Below are positions 11,696 through 23,266 of a stretch of DNA of 64,000 bases, in pieces (the first letter of the stretch is position 1; each line of letters begins with the position of its first letter). The stretch comes from Epithemia pelagica (Eukaryota; Protista; Bacillariophyta), in assembly GCA_946965045.2 (NCBI GenBank), contig OX337239.1, positions 1,364,001 to 1,428,000 on the forward strand, given 5' to 3'. The notes beneath the pieces were generated by a model. The model had not been told where the DNA came from, ran no database searches, and worked only from the letters and a program-made list of their open reading frames with translations. The translations under genes and the position numbers were made by a program.

Positions 11696-12280
11696 GGCGT
11701 CGTATTCGTATCCTGTTGAGTTCAGTAGTCCCTTTTCGTCGAGGAATGTACGTCCATGGACACAACGAGAAGTGTTTGCTGTCGTCGGTCGTCGTCGTCG
11801 GTCGTCGTGTATCTTGCGTATCTTTGTGTGTGCAATCTCTCACTCTCATGGGACTCACCAGTCCCAGGAGAGGTCGGCTAGCTACGGTAGCTACCGGGAC
11901 CCCACCACTACGAGTCCGTGAAAGCATACTGGAAAGAGGATGTTGTTGAGTACTCCTAGGAGTAGATGAGTGCCAGACGATTTTCTCGGTCTAGTTCATT
12001 GCTCCTCCGTCACGCCTTTACCTCTTTCCTGTTTCTGAGACTATGATCACCCTATCATTCTTCCCAATGTCCACCAACCAACCAACCGACCGACCCTAAC
12101 TAGAAAACGAAGTCCACTGGTTTTGCGGACCACATGTCACATGCCTACTCGTAGAATGAAATGGATGCGCAGTAAGATGGTATTTCAGGGTATTGATTAT
12201 TTATTTTTCGTATATCATTGGTGTGTCTTTCGATAAGTTTTGAAAGTCAACAATTTCCTTCGGCTAAGGACTAGGATTCT

Positions 12281-15190
12281 TTAGAGTGTATTCTCGGATC
12301 CTCCTCGCTTTTGCAGTCCACGAGGAAAGTATCGACGACGTGATTCCGGGTTGCTGGAACAAATGCCATTTGAGGGACGACGCGACGGTCGTTCTGTAGG
12401 ATTGGATGTCTCGGAAATCTCGCTTGTCGGTCGGGTTGTAGGAGTCAACGAGTTAAACGGGGCTGATGGAAGACCAGTCGAGCCGTTCGTCGTCGGTGTG
12501 GCGGTGACAGCAACTAAGGGGGGTTGAGTTGGGGCGCTACTGGGTCCGTTGGTTGGTCGAGTAGTCTGTGTTTCGGTAGGATGAGAGGAAGGAATGGAAG
12601 ACGGACGGGATGAGGGAAGGTACGAAGGATTGAACGAAGGCTTCGATGTGGGATTCGAAGAGGGAAATGGGGTGCTGGGAGAAAGAGTGGGATTTGTTGT
12701 GCTCGGTGTACCGGTGGGAGCAAATGAAGGGGATCTCGTTGGAACTTCGGTTGGTAATCCAGTGGGAATTCCCGTGGGTTTGCTAGTGGGCCTGTCACTG
12801 GGCTTGTCGGTGGGCCTGTCACTGGGCTTGTCGGTGGGCCTGTCACTGGGCTTGTCGGTGGGTGTGCTGGTGGGTTGGACGGTTGGATTGCTCGTAGGCT
12901 GGAACGTGGGTTGGTCGGTGGGCTTGTCCGTAGGTGCGATAGTAGGCTTATCAGAAGGCTGGTTGGTAGGGTTGTCCGTGCGATCGAAAGGAGTCACGGA
13001 CGTGGGAGGGGCGGTCGGCTCGTCCGTGGGTCTGTTGGATGGCTTCTTACTGGGTTGGAAAGAGGGATTGTCGGTAGGCTGGTAAGTGGGTTGGTCGGAG
13101 GGGTTACCAGTCGGTTTACTCGTTGGCTGAACAGTCGGCAGGTCTGTGGGCTGGCTGGTAGGTTTGTCAGCAGGCTTGACAGTCGGCCGATAAGTAGGGT
13201 TGTTAGTTGGTCTGTCCGAGGGACTGAAGGTCCGATGGTTAGAGGGACTGAAGGTCGGATGGTTAGTGGGCCTTTCACTTGGCTTGCCAGTGGGTCGACT
13301 TGTGGGGTCGTTGGTAGGGTGATTAGTCGGCCTTTCAGAGGGTTGATCCGAAGGTTTGCCAGTGGGCTTGCGGGTAGGATCACTAGATGGTAGATCAGTG
13401 GGCTTATCACTAGGCTTTTCGGTTGGCTGCTCCGTCGGACTGTTCGAAGGTCTGTCGGAGGGATGGTCAGAGGGCTCGTTGGTAAGCCTGTCTGATGGTT
13501 CGCTTGTGGGTGCTTCGGTAGGCGCGTCACTGGGTGGTTCCGGTTCCAAAATTGTCGGTGTATCCGTCGGCGATAAAGTTGTGGGACTGCTGCTGGGTGG
13601 AAACGTATATTCTTCAACACATGATGCAAAGGGTTGCGAGAGGGTGTTGGTAATGACTTCAACAGTATCCGGAAGAAAGGATTGATCCTCTCTTCGAATA
13701 CTGGCAAACATAAGATCCAAGGGATTGCTAGAATGACGAGCGCCCAAATTATGACCAATTTCATGACCCAGCAATTTGGCATTTCCGGTCAAGTCCAATT
13801 CCATCCGGTCGACTGTCGTACTAAGTCCATCAATGCAAATTGAACCAACATATGCACATCCAATAGCGTTGGCAAATGAAATATTGGTTGGTACATGGCC
13901 ATGAAACAAGTGTGAATTATCGACAAGGTCCGACAATTCGGCCCGCTCGTCTGTCATGTAGTTTCGAAAGTTTCTCAACAAGTCGGAGCATCTCGGACCA
14001 TTCATGTCGGCAAATGGATCAACCGCGGGATCGCAATAGACTTCTAGTTGCCGCAAAACTAAAGTCAGACAAAGAGGTTGAAAGTAAACCATGCTTGTTT
14101 CTTCCACAATGGCCATTGCGGCACTGGTTGCGGCCGCCACCTTTTCTTCATAATCAGTTATAATGTTGTTTGTATTGGAGGTGGCTACCGTTTCACAATA
14201 CAGAGAATCGGTCAAAACAGCGATTTCAATGGCTCGGAATCCATCGCTGCATATGGGTGATTCATTGTCTTGTTCTTGAAGATAGCGAGGATGGTTGGAT
14301 CTTGCTGATGCTTTCGGGGTTTCCTTGTAGCTGGCATGAAAGGTAAAGTTCGTCTTTTGCGTTGGGCGAAACAAAGGAATGAACCGCTTTTCTCGTGCTG
14401 TAGGTTCTTCCTCTTGTTCATGGTCTTTGGCATTCGTTCTTCTCTGGTTGTTGTCGTGACCATCGTGAGGAATACCACCATAGTCATAAAGGAGTCCTTC
14501 AAAGTAGTCTGGGTCGAATTGTGGCTCAGAAATGCAAGCAAACACTTTTTCCGGAACGAGGGGATAGCATAGTTTTTCCGTTCGTCGGGTAGTTGCACCA
14601 GTGTTCAAGTTCCTCGGTCCTGCACCATTGGACTGGACGGTAGCATGTTCCACAACCATGACAACTTTTTGCAAAATTTGAGTTTGTTGTGCAGTCTGAT
14701 GAATCACACACATTAGATTGGGATCGTCCCGACCGCGGGCAATGCCGACCGTCAATTCTCGGCGTTCCCCATCCACACTATAGTAGGTGTCTTAGTCAAC
14801 ACTGGTAGCGGGCCATGTATCTTCTGGCTTGCACGATGTCCATTGATTTGGTTCCAATTCAATTTCCAGTCCATCCACAGCATGAAGTTCCAATTCGTCT
14901 AGGGCTGTCACAGTTTCAGCGGAAAGCAAGACCCCGGGATGTTCTTTGCGAAAGGCCTCTAGGTCGCGAAATGTCACTTGTTGGACCAACAAATCACGAG
15001 GCCGATGGTTCCTGTTGTTGCGCGCCGGAGAATTCATATCCCACGCGTCCACTGCCCGAAAAGGACTGGGAGGAGGTGCATCCTTGTCGTAGTCAAACCA
15101 ACTCTTAACACTGTAAAGCCAATAAACATAGACGAAGAGCATGAAATGGTAAGAACGGCGGTTGGAGGGTGTTGTATAGAGAAAGCCCAT
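12281..15190 (-). CDS. Secreted M12B (reprolysin/ADAM-like) metallopeptidase with long PT-repeat mucin-like stalk; one in-frame TAA at 14792-14794
   Basis: Metzincin zinc motif HEIGHNLGARH followed by a Met-turn (DLMFAS), and IGCAYVGSIC. ORFs 14792-15241 and 12281-14776 are in the same frame, separated only by TAA. Hydrophobic N-terminus. Confidence 0.75.
12480..13590 (-). repeat. PT(x)xP peptide repeat array, including an exact 24-bp unit x3 at 12786-12857
   Basis: Dozens of PTDKP/PSDRP/PTFQP units. GTGGGCCTGTCACTGGGCTTGTCG is repeated three times. Confidence 0.9.
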
Positions 15191-17193
15191 TGTCGTTTGC
15201 GGTAAGGAGGACTTTCTTGTTGAGCATGAAGAGAAAGACAATTATGAGAAAAACAATGGAATATTTGAAAGTGCCGAGCGCCACTCGATCCTGCTCCCCT
15301 GGTGTACTGGTTTATCTTTCTCATCATCGATCTTGTTGTTGCTGTCTTGCTTCATTCTTGTAAGTATCACTTTTACGAGTAGCAATGTGTATTGCATTTT
15401 TGACGTGAACACCGTAGTTGGAGTGCCTCTAAATAAATTCCTGATGTATTTTTCCTTTCTTGTTTTTGGTTCGTGCCATGGCACATACATGCAAGTTTCC
15501 GGATCGTCCTGGATATCTCATCGTCATACGCCTCTAAACATAAAAATGGGAATGATTATTAGTGCCTCTTCCAATTCTGCTGTTTGCATGGTTGCGTATT
15601 ACCGCTTGGTGGAGGCGGTTGTCCGGGTAGATGTGTGAGAAAAAAGAGCTTTCTTCTCTCTTCTCTCTTGTTGCTTGTGGTTGGGAGGCGGTGATCATAC
15701 CTCCCCCCAAGAAAGAATCCTGTTGAACGCAAAAAGAATTGCCACCAACAACAAATTTTTGGGTAATGGTTGGACTTGGGGGAAAGGGCTATATTATACC
15801 TAGTAGAGCTATGAGTATGAGCCACGAGCCACGAGTATGGCTACTCGTACTGATTACTGGTTGCTCGTTCAATTTGATTTTGCTCGTAAGAGTACTAGTA
15901 TTGGTTGGTAGCCAACTCCAACAACTACGAGAGTCGATACTCGTAGGAGTACCTCGCACACGAAGAAACCGATGACCGATGGGCCAACTTCATCGAGTTC
16001 CTCTGGCCCACCCTCACGAACTCGGTCATTCGGTCCCTTGTCCTCCACCAAAAAACAAGTCTCCAGGTTAACGCAAGAAGGTACCTTTCCCTCTTTGTTG
16101 GATACATCTACTCGCATGAATATCAAGATTTATGCCCCGCAAGATTGACAATATCAATCAAATCGTAAATCATCATGGAGCTTCTCATTCTTTTGCCTCG
16201 CCACTCGCCACTCGCCACCTTTAAATTTGTCGGTGACCGGATTCGTCCAAAGGTTTCTCAAGAGCTTGAATCTCATCCGGTCTTGTTCTTGTAGCCAGTG
16301 AGAGAGGAAATGGTTAAGTATGGCGGCCCAGATCCAATTTTCGACTGGGATATCCATATTCCGTTCCTTGATTCATCAATCTGCCCTTGCTTCGAAGACT
16401 TTCCTCACCATCGAGAATCTTTCTCTAGAGACAAGGATTCAGAGCATCTCACCAAACATTTCGAAAACAGAGACAAAGCCGCTATTGTTCGAGCAAAGCA
16501 TGTAGTCATTGATAATCGGACATGCTTTCAATTCAAGAACTTGTTCTATGGTGGTTAGGGTCGCTAGCCAGAGCTGGAGCCGGGACCTACTACTTCTACT
16601 AGGAGTAGCTAGCTAGAGGAGTGATAGGGAGGTAGTTTTGGGTCATGGTTCATATCTATCACGCGCCGACATTGCGATTTGCGAACCTGTGTTTGTACTG
16701 ATGGAACTTATACAAAAGCCATGACACCTCACAATAGTTCAGATAGTATGAAAGGGAAGCAGTTGAATACGAACAGGATGTAATCAATGGTCCGACGTAG
16801 AATATGTACGATGTTCTACGTAGTAGATCGTGTATGGAGTATGGAGCGGGACGAGGGAGCACAACTCTTTCTGCCTTGGGCGCGAGCGTTGCGCAAAAAT
16901 ACTCAAGAACCACGGAAAAGGAGCACACATGCCGCCACTGCCATAACGCATGAAAGGTAAGCGAACGCAAGTCGATGTTCCTCCTTCCCCCGAACGCAAC
17001 TCCATCCTCCAACAAAATGTCGAAACTTTCAGATTCTCCAACACACCATGTCGTCGTCGTCGTTGCAGTTGTTGATGTTCTCATCCTCTTTGTCATTCTT
17101 TTTCTTCTTTTTGGGATCTCGAAGTTCACGAAGCGGAATTCTTGATTCGTATCGATTGAAGCGTTGGGGGTCATTCGTCTGCTTCCAGTCATC

Positions 17194-19923
17194 ATGGCAG
17201 CAGGCAAAGAAGAATCTGAACAAACGTCTACCACGGGTGATGATAATATTGCTGATGCGGTAGACAAGGACAACAAAAAGGTCTTGGAAAATAAGGATGA
17301 CACGGACCCAAACGTTGTAGCCAAAAAGGAAGCTAAGGTAGCGGATGATGGCCCAACGAGTTCCACAAATAGGATGGATGAGGAACCAAGCGCAACAAAA
17401 CCAAAACCAGCATCGCTGGAAGAGTCACAATCTCAGGACAACGACAATGGCAACGGCAAGGAAGATTCAAGTTCGAGTGGTGACCCAGCTGGAAAGACTG
17501 AAAGCACGCTCAAGGAAGAAGACACCCAGGTCGATGATGACGGTGACAAATCGAGAGTAACAAATAGTGATATTGAAAACCAGAACGATGCGGAGCATGG
17601 CAAGGATGCACCGTCAGCTACTGGCCAAGACGAAAGCGAGAACCTCCTAGATATATCGGGAAGAAAGGAAGCCAGTCAGGAAGAATGCAAGGAACAAGAT
17701 GAAGATCGGGAAGAGCGCAAAGTCGACGCCAGGCAAGAAGAAACGGGCGAGGAAGTTCGTTCTACCGATACTATGGATGACAAGAAGGAAAGAAGTGACA
17801 AGGAGACTAAAATTGGGGATCCATCGACCTCTTCTGGTGGTGCGAATGCCTCCGCTACCGCCTCGTACGTTACGGTTCCATCAGGCCCTTACCCGTACCA
17901 GATCCATTGGGGCCCACCGCCACCACCATCAAGTACTCATGTTCCACATGGCGAAGGAGCAGCTATGAGTTTAGTGTCCAGCCCTATGAGACCACCAAGC
18001 ACGAATCCGACTGGGAAGAAGAATGAAAATCAAGACTCTCCAAAGAAGAACGACAAAGAACCTATGAATACTGCCGAAGAGAGTTCTTCACATCCTTCCA
18101 TGCCAAATTCCTCTCCCAGCACTTCGGCTGTCCCGACGCAGCACTCTCACGGTCCACCCCCACCATCATATGCCTATCCACCTCCCTACCCACCGTATTA
18201 TTATCCACCTGCTCCGGGCAGTGGACCACCACCTCCTGTTGGATCGTATCCTTATCCACCTCCCTATTATCCTCCAGCAATGCCCCCTTCGTACATCCCT
18301 CCCCATGGAAATTCCGGTGGATATTACCCTTCCATGGGACGAGGACCATCTACTACAACAACGACTTTGACTTCTTTGTCTCCCAAGGGCACAAGTGGCC
18401 CCGCACCAGGCAACTCGTCTTCTGGTCCTGGCACCAGTAATGCTAGCGCTCCTTCCGAGTTGCTGCAACATCCACTCTACAGTCCCACTCCTCAGTCGCC
18501 GTTGCCACCAGGACCACCGTATCACCCTTCTTCCTATCCCTATGCACCACCGCCGTATCATCCGGCCTACGCACCGCCACCACCATATATGCCCAGTTTC
18601 CCCGATGTCCCCAAGAAGCAGCACGGAGATGCGCCCGACAAAGCTACCGACACACAAGTACCGACAACGTCACCCATGCTAGCATCAGGGCGATTGTCAC
18701 CCTCTGGAAATCAAGAGTACGATCAGGACAAAAATCACAACCGCGACGTGGATAACATGGAATCAGACGAACGGACTAGTACCAGCACTCACATTCGGAC
18801 CTACCTAAAAGCAGCTCCTACCACAAACAAAGAGTACGTGACATGCGGCCATAGAGAACTTTGGTGGATTGATGTTTGACATTTCAGTTTGAATCGTCCC
18901 TCTTGTTTCTCATTTGCATTGCATTTTTGTGCCTTCAACAGGATTTTGCATCGCCGACAACGCAAGAATTCACAGAGCCGAATGCGTGCACACAAGCATA
19001 AGGAACGCATAGAACGCACCATGGCAAAACCAGTGGAAGAACGCACAGAAGAAGAACAAAAGGAGTTGGACCTGTACGAGCAGCGACGCAGTCACAAGAA
19101 TCAACGGAGTAGATCTCGTTCGTCGGAGAAAAAAGAAACAATTGATCAAATCTTGGCGAAACCGGAATCCCAACGAACAAAGTTGGAAATGGCCTTTTTG
19201 GAGCAGTCCTTGGCGGCAAAGAAACGGAAGAATGAAGGCGATCGCTTGCGTCGGGAAAGACTCAAGCTATTGGGTTTGAAAAAGTATGGCATTGATGGCT
19301 CGTCCTTGAACAACAACAGCAGTAATAAGAAACCTCGAGTAACTGCAAGAGGACCTCTTCCACCGGAATTGATGGGTCTTGTCACGGAAAACAAGAATCC
19401 ACAGACCAACGAAGATTCCGTCTCTCCGTACCCAGCACCGTATTCCGAGTCCCATTGCGACCATCACAGCCCCCATGTGTCCCCTCACTCCTACTCTGCG
19501 TATTATCCTCCTCCACCATATGGGGGTTACCATGGAGGTCCATCATCCACTTCCGTTCCAGTTCCACCTTGGGCACCACCGTCTTATTCATACCGCCACC
19601 CAATATTTCCGACTAGTCCTCCACCTACCGGAACCCATGACTTCTCGGTCAGTTCCCGCCGCCCACCCACCGGTGGTGATTTGCAGGATCAGCCGAGCAC
19701 CGAGAGAAGCACGGAGGATGACGACGCAATGCCGGAGGTGACCTCAGACGAGGCAAGTCCCCTAAATAGAACCGAACGGGAGAAAACGACAGCCTCCGAT
19801 TTTGCACCAACCGCAAGAAAAGATGCCGATAGTGCAGATCATAACCACGTAGGGCAGGGGAGCGCCGTTGCAGAGACCCCGAGTCATGAAAATATGCATC
19901 CAACTGACTCTATGGCAGTATAA
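17194..19923 (+). CDS. Pro/Tyr-rich low-complexity protein with a repeated basic helical domain (candidate nuclear regulator), 2 exons (17194-18833, 18942-19923)
   Basis: A GTACGT..CAG intron joins NKE|ILHRRQRKN in frame. The basic unit RRxxKNxxSRxRxxxxKExI..AKP...RT occurs 2-3 times. Confidence 0.7.
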
Positions 19924-21402
19924 GGGGATACTGCGAGGGGGAATAAGTTCATTGGACTCCATTTTTTCGCAGGGATGTTGACCGGTCACGGTTCACGGAA
20001 AAGCTGAACTTTAAACAAGTGCTCAGCTCATGGTAAATTCAAATACCAGGGACTGCAACGTGACTTTATGATTTGACATGACCTGATGCGTCAACATAGT
20101 GGGGGATATTCGTAAGCCAGCCTAAAATGGGTTTGGGTTGTCTAATCTGAAAGTGACCACCATTCTCTATCGTATCATCTTCTCCATCGACAATTAGACA
20201 GGATTTACATTTGTCGTTTGCGAGTGCTCGTTGCGTATATTGATGGTTGGAAGGAGGACAACAATAAGATGCTACTCAAACGGTGTCTTGTGCTCGTCGT
20301 CAGGGGACAACCTTCATGTTCATGGTGGGCAAATAGGCTGTGCTAATTAAAAGCGTATAGGAGAGCTTATCGGTTTTGTAGGATCCACGGCGAGGAAAAA
20401 TTCCCACTGAACGACGAGATTGACTAGGTAGTAAGGCGGCCAATTCCAAATTGGCGCCCCGACTTGCGAAAAGGGACCATTGAGGAAGGCATGATTGACA
20501 ATATTCGCCCGTGTTCCCCAGCGAGCTGGAATGGCTTGGGGAAAAATTGTTGTGGGGACCAAATTCCCAAACATCTTGTTCGTTTTGGCCATGGTAGCTG
20601 CTTGACAATGGCCAGGATAGTTGCAACTATCGTTCGCTACTCGTCGGACTTTATTAATGGGATTGGACAAATGTTCAGACGCGTTTCCAGTCAGGTCCAT
20701 CTCGTGCAGAAAAGTGTTGGGTCACGGAAGTTTGATGTTGCAAAAAACGGGCAAAGCCAAAACTGGATTCAGCCGCGCCACTGGGATGGGAGACTCCTGT
20801 ACTCGGCACAATCATAGTCTTGGCGTCTTTCACCTTGCAAAGATACAACTTAAACATCTGGTCGAATACGGAAAATAAAACCTCATTGAAGCCGATGGTA
20901 TAATCGTCAAGGCCAACACTGGTCAGACTCGACCGTAGGAACACAACAACAAGGCCACCGATGCCGATTGCTGTCGCAAAGAAAATCGGCTTAACCTTCT
21001 TTGTCTCCAGAAGTGTTTTTCGCTTCGTGATGTCGTCAAAGTCTCCGTCAGAAAGCAATCCACAGGGTTTCACATCGAACGTCATGAGTATGTGCTCAGC
21101 ATCTGTTGAAGCACCGATCGCGGTAACTTGACGTTTCACGGGTGGGAGCTGGGAGAGACCCTTCTCGAGGGTAGGCTGATAGACAGCGGAACGATTGTAT
21201 TTGGACTTTGGACATTAAGTCCATCGATTTTTGAGGTCTCCCGTTACAACGGATGTAGCTTCTCAAGAAAATTTGATCCCGTCGTCCGTCGACATTGGCC
21301 GACAGACAGACGACAGACGTGTGACGATTGCGTGGGTTCCGTGGGGGGCGTCGTGTGAATAATGAGACGACTCGAAAAAGAAAAGCTAAGTTCACCTACC
21401 TA

Positions 21403-21835
21403 CCGTAATTTTCGGTGTTTTGTACCCCTCGCATTCCCGTACCCCCCACCCCCTCCGATGTACATGTCCCCATAACTTTTTATCTGCAGGCTTTTTCCTG
21501 GTGATAGGGTTACCCCCACATTCCTCACGTTCCGAGCTTTCTATCACACTGCCTGACATTCCATGGGAGTGAATCAAAGAGGAGAAACAAGAGATACAGC
21601 ATGATGGGTATTATGCTTAGGGCTAAGGCTACGCGTTGAAGCACGGTCTTTCCCCTAACTGGAATAGTGCGACCAACTCTTCTCTACTACTCCGATGTTG
21701 AAGTTGACTATTACTATGAAGTTAATTGTACCTTGCATATGGAATCAAAAAAAAAATAGTAAAAAATCTCTTGGTCCTGTACCCCCCTCACTGATCCATG
21801 CACATTCCGGGGGTACAGGAATCCGAAAATTACGG
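21403..21835. mobile_element. Tc1/mariner(pogo)-type MITE, 433 bp
   Basis: TA|CCGTAATTTTCGG at 21401-21415 and CCGAAAATTACGG|TA at 21823-21837. GTACCCC subterminal motifs are present at both ends. TA target duplication. Confidence 0.8.
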
Positions 21836-22722
21836 TAGTTGAGGGTAGGAGGTAGACGGAGTCAAGTTGTTAATCCAAAGTGGATGTAGAGTACTCCTAG
21901 GAGTAAAAAATAAAAAATAATGAAAATGAGAGTACGTAAGACGACGCGAACCCGGCGAAAAGAAGCTTCGATAGATTCGATCGGGCAAGACTGGCTCGGG
22001 TCCATGGCTTTGTGAGATCTGATCACATGAGACCAAAAGTCGTTGCTTTTGGCTCTCCTCCTCTGATGCCCTCTGATTTGGCGGAGGCAATCGTCGCCAT
22101 CTATAAGTATACAAGTAACTTGCATCTCATAGGAAGGAAATAATATTATGGTAGAAGGAGGATGGGCTATGGACTATGGGCTTATCCAGTTCTTCTTCTT
22201 TTTCACGGAGGGATCGAATAACAACATGGATACAAAAAAGAGACGCTGTATTGCCCATTATTATTTGAATCACCAGTGTCGCTTTCGTTTCCGAATCGAA
22301 TGAGTTTGTTTTTCTTTTCAGCAGTCAGCGACCAAGAGTGGTCGTGAACCCGACCAACCAAGCCTTTATCATTTATCAGAGTTCTCCAACGAACACCGAA
22401 AAGGGCGAGGTACTTTCGGTTGGATGTTGGATGCCGTCGCTGTTGCTGAGTATAGTGGGGACTAGAGATTCTTCGAATTCGCGTCTGGATACTGGATGCA
22501 CTGCTTTCGATGATCTAGGTAGCCGGTATTGGAGAGGAGGGCAAGCACGGACGAGGTTTGGATGGTTCTGATCCTTTATTCGTAGATCCTCTACAGGCCA
22601 TTGAATAACAAGGAAATATGAAGCGAAAGAGATGGCAAGATCAAACTCGGAACCAAAACTTCCGATCTTCGTACATGAATTTGTGAGACGTGATTATGGG
22701 ATTGGCTTTTGTGGAAGGAATG

Positions 22723-22843
22723 CAAGAAATGGTCGCGGTATTGTCGCGAGAATGGGCGAGATTTTAGCGAGACATAGTCCTCTAGGTTAGAGGCTCCTAA
22801 TAGTCACTCTTTTGATTTTGAGACACTATCATGACCGTAATTT
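22723..22843 (+). repeat. 5' LTR (121 bp)
   Basis: Identical by eye to 28894-29014. Begins CAAGAAAT and ends GTAATTT. Confidence 0.92.
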
Positions 22844-22858
22844 GGTTTATCAGACCCA
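22844..22858 (+). promoter_or_regulatory. Putative primer-binding site, complementary to a tRNA-Ile-like anticodon arm
   Basis: GGTTTATCAGACCCA directly abuts the LTR. Its reverse complement TGGGT-CT-GAT-AA-ACC has anticodon stem-loop geometry. Confidence 0.5.
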
Positions 22859-23266
22859 AGACTCTGGTTCGAAAGGAAAAGCTATGGCACAATGGGCCTG
22901 GGAAGGTCGTGAAATATCTGGATCAAAGTTGATCCGCCCATAAGAGACACAAATGGTCTCATACTAGTCTCGAGAATTATCCAACCTGCAACGGGGAATG
23001 GACCGGACTAGTATAGAGGTGCGGTCTGCGTATGCGCGCACCTTGGGCAATGGCGGACGCGCCACTCTTTGCCGTTGAAAAGAAAAGCCTGCCATGCGAC
23101 CAAGCGTTTATGACACATATGTGACGCTGGACGATGACGAATGCAGCTGTGCACGCTTTCTACCTTTTGGATCGCCAGTGTGAGATCGGGAAATGAGTGA
23201 GGCATCACACTTCCGAATACTTGAAAGTCTGAAAGAGTCCGAAAGAGAGAAGAAAGATCGAGCACC

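Noticed and set aside
12514-13782. VGLSLG-type and other alternative-frame ORFs over the PT array
   Set aside because: They are by-products of the repeat's stop-poor frames.
2464-14794. Stop-codon reassignment (TAA/TAG read as sense) to explain the in-frame stops
   Set aside because: Intact genes here end in TAA, TAG and TGA. Two of the stops are clear substitutions relative to internal paralogous repeats.
15960-16558. Coding-like fragments (DDRWANFIEFLWP..., REEMVKYGGPDP...)
   Set aside because: They are short, interrupted and have no recognisable family. Possibly a decayed gene, but a database search is needed.
20300-21139. Minus-strand ORFs with a hydrophobic stretch
   Set aside because: There is no clear ATG, splice model or motif, so I cannot support a gene call.
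22330-22722. Possible host gene interrupted by the first retrotransposon
   Set aside because: All frames across the reconstructed empty site contain multiple stops, and no family was recognised.
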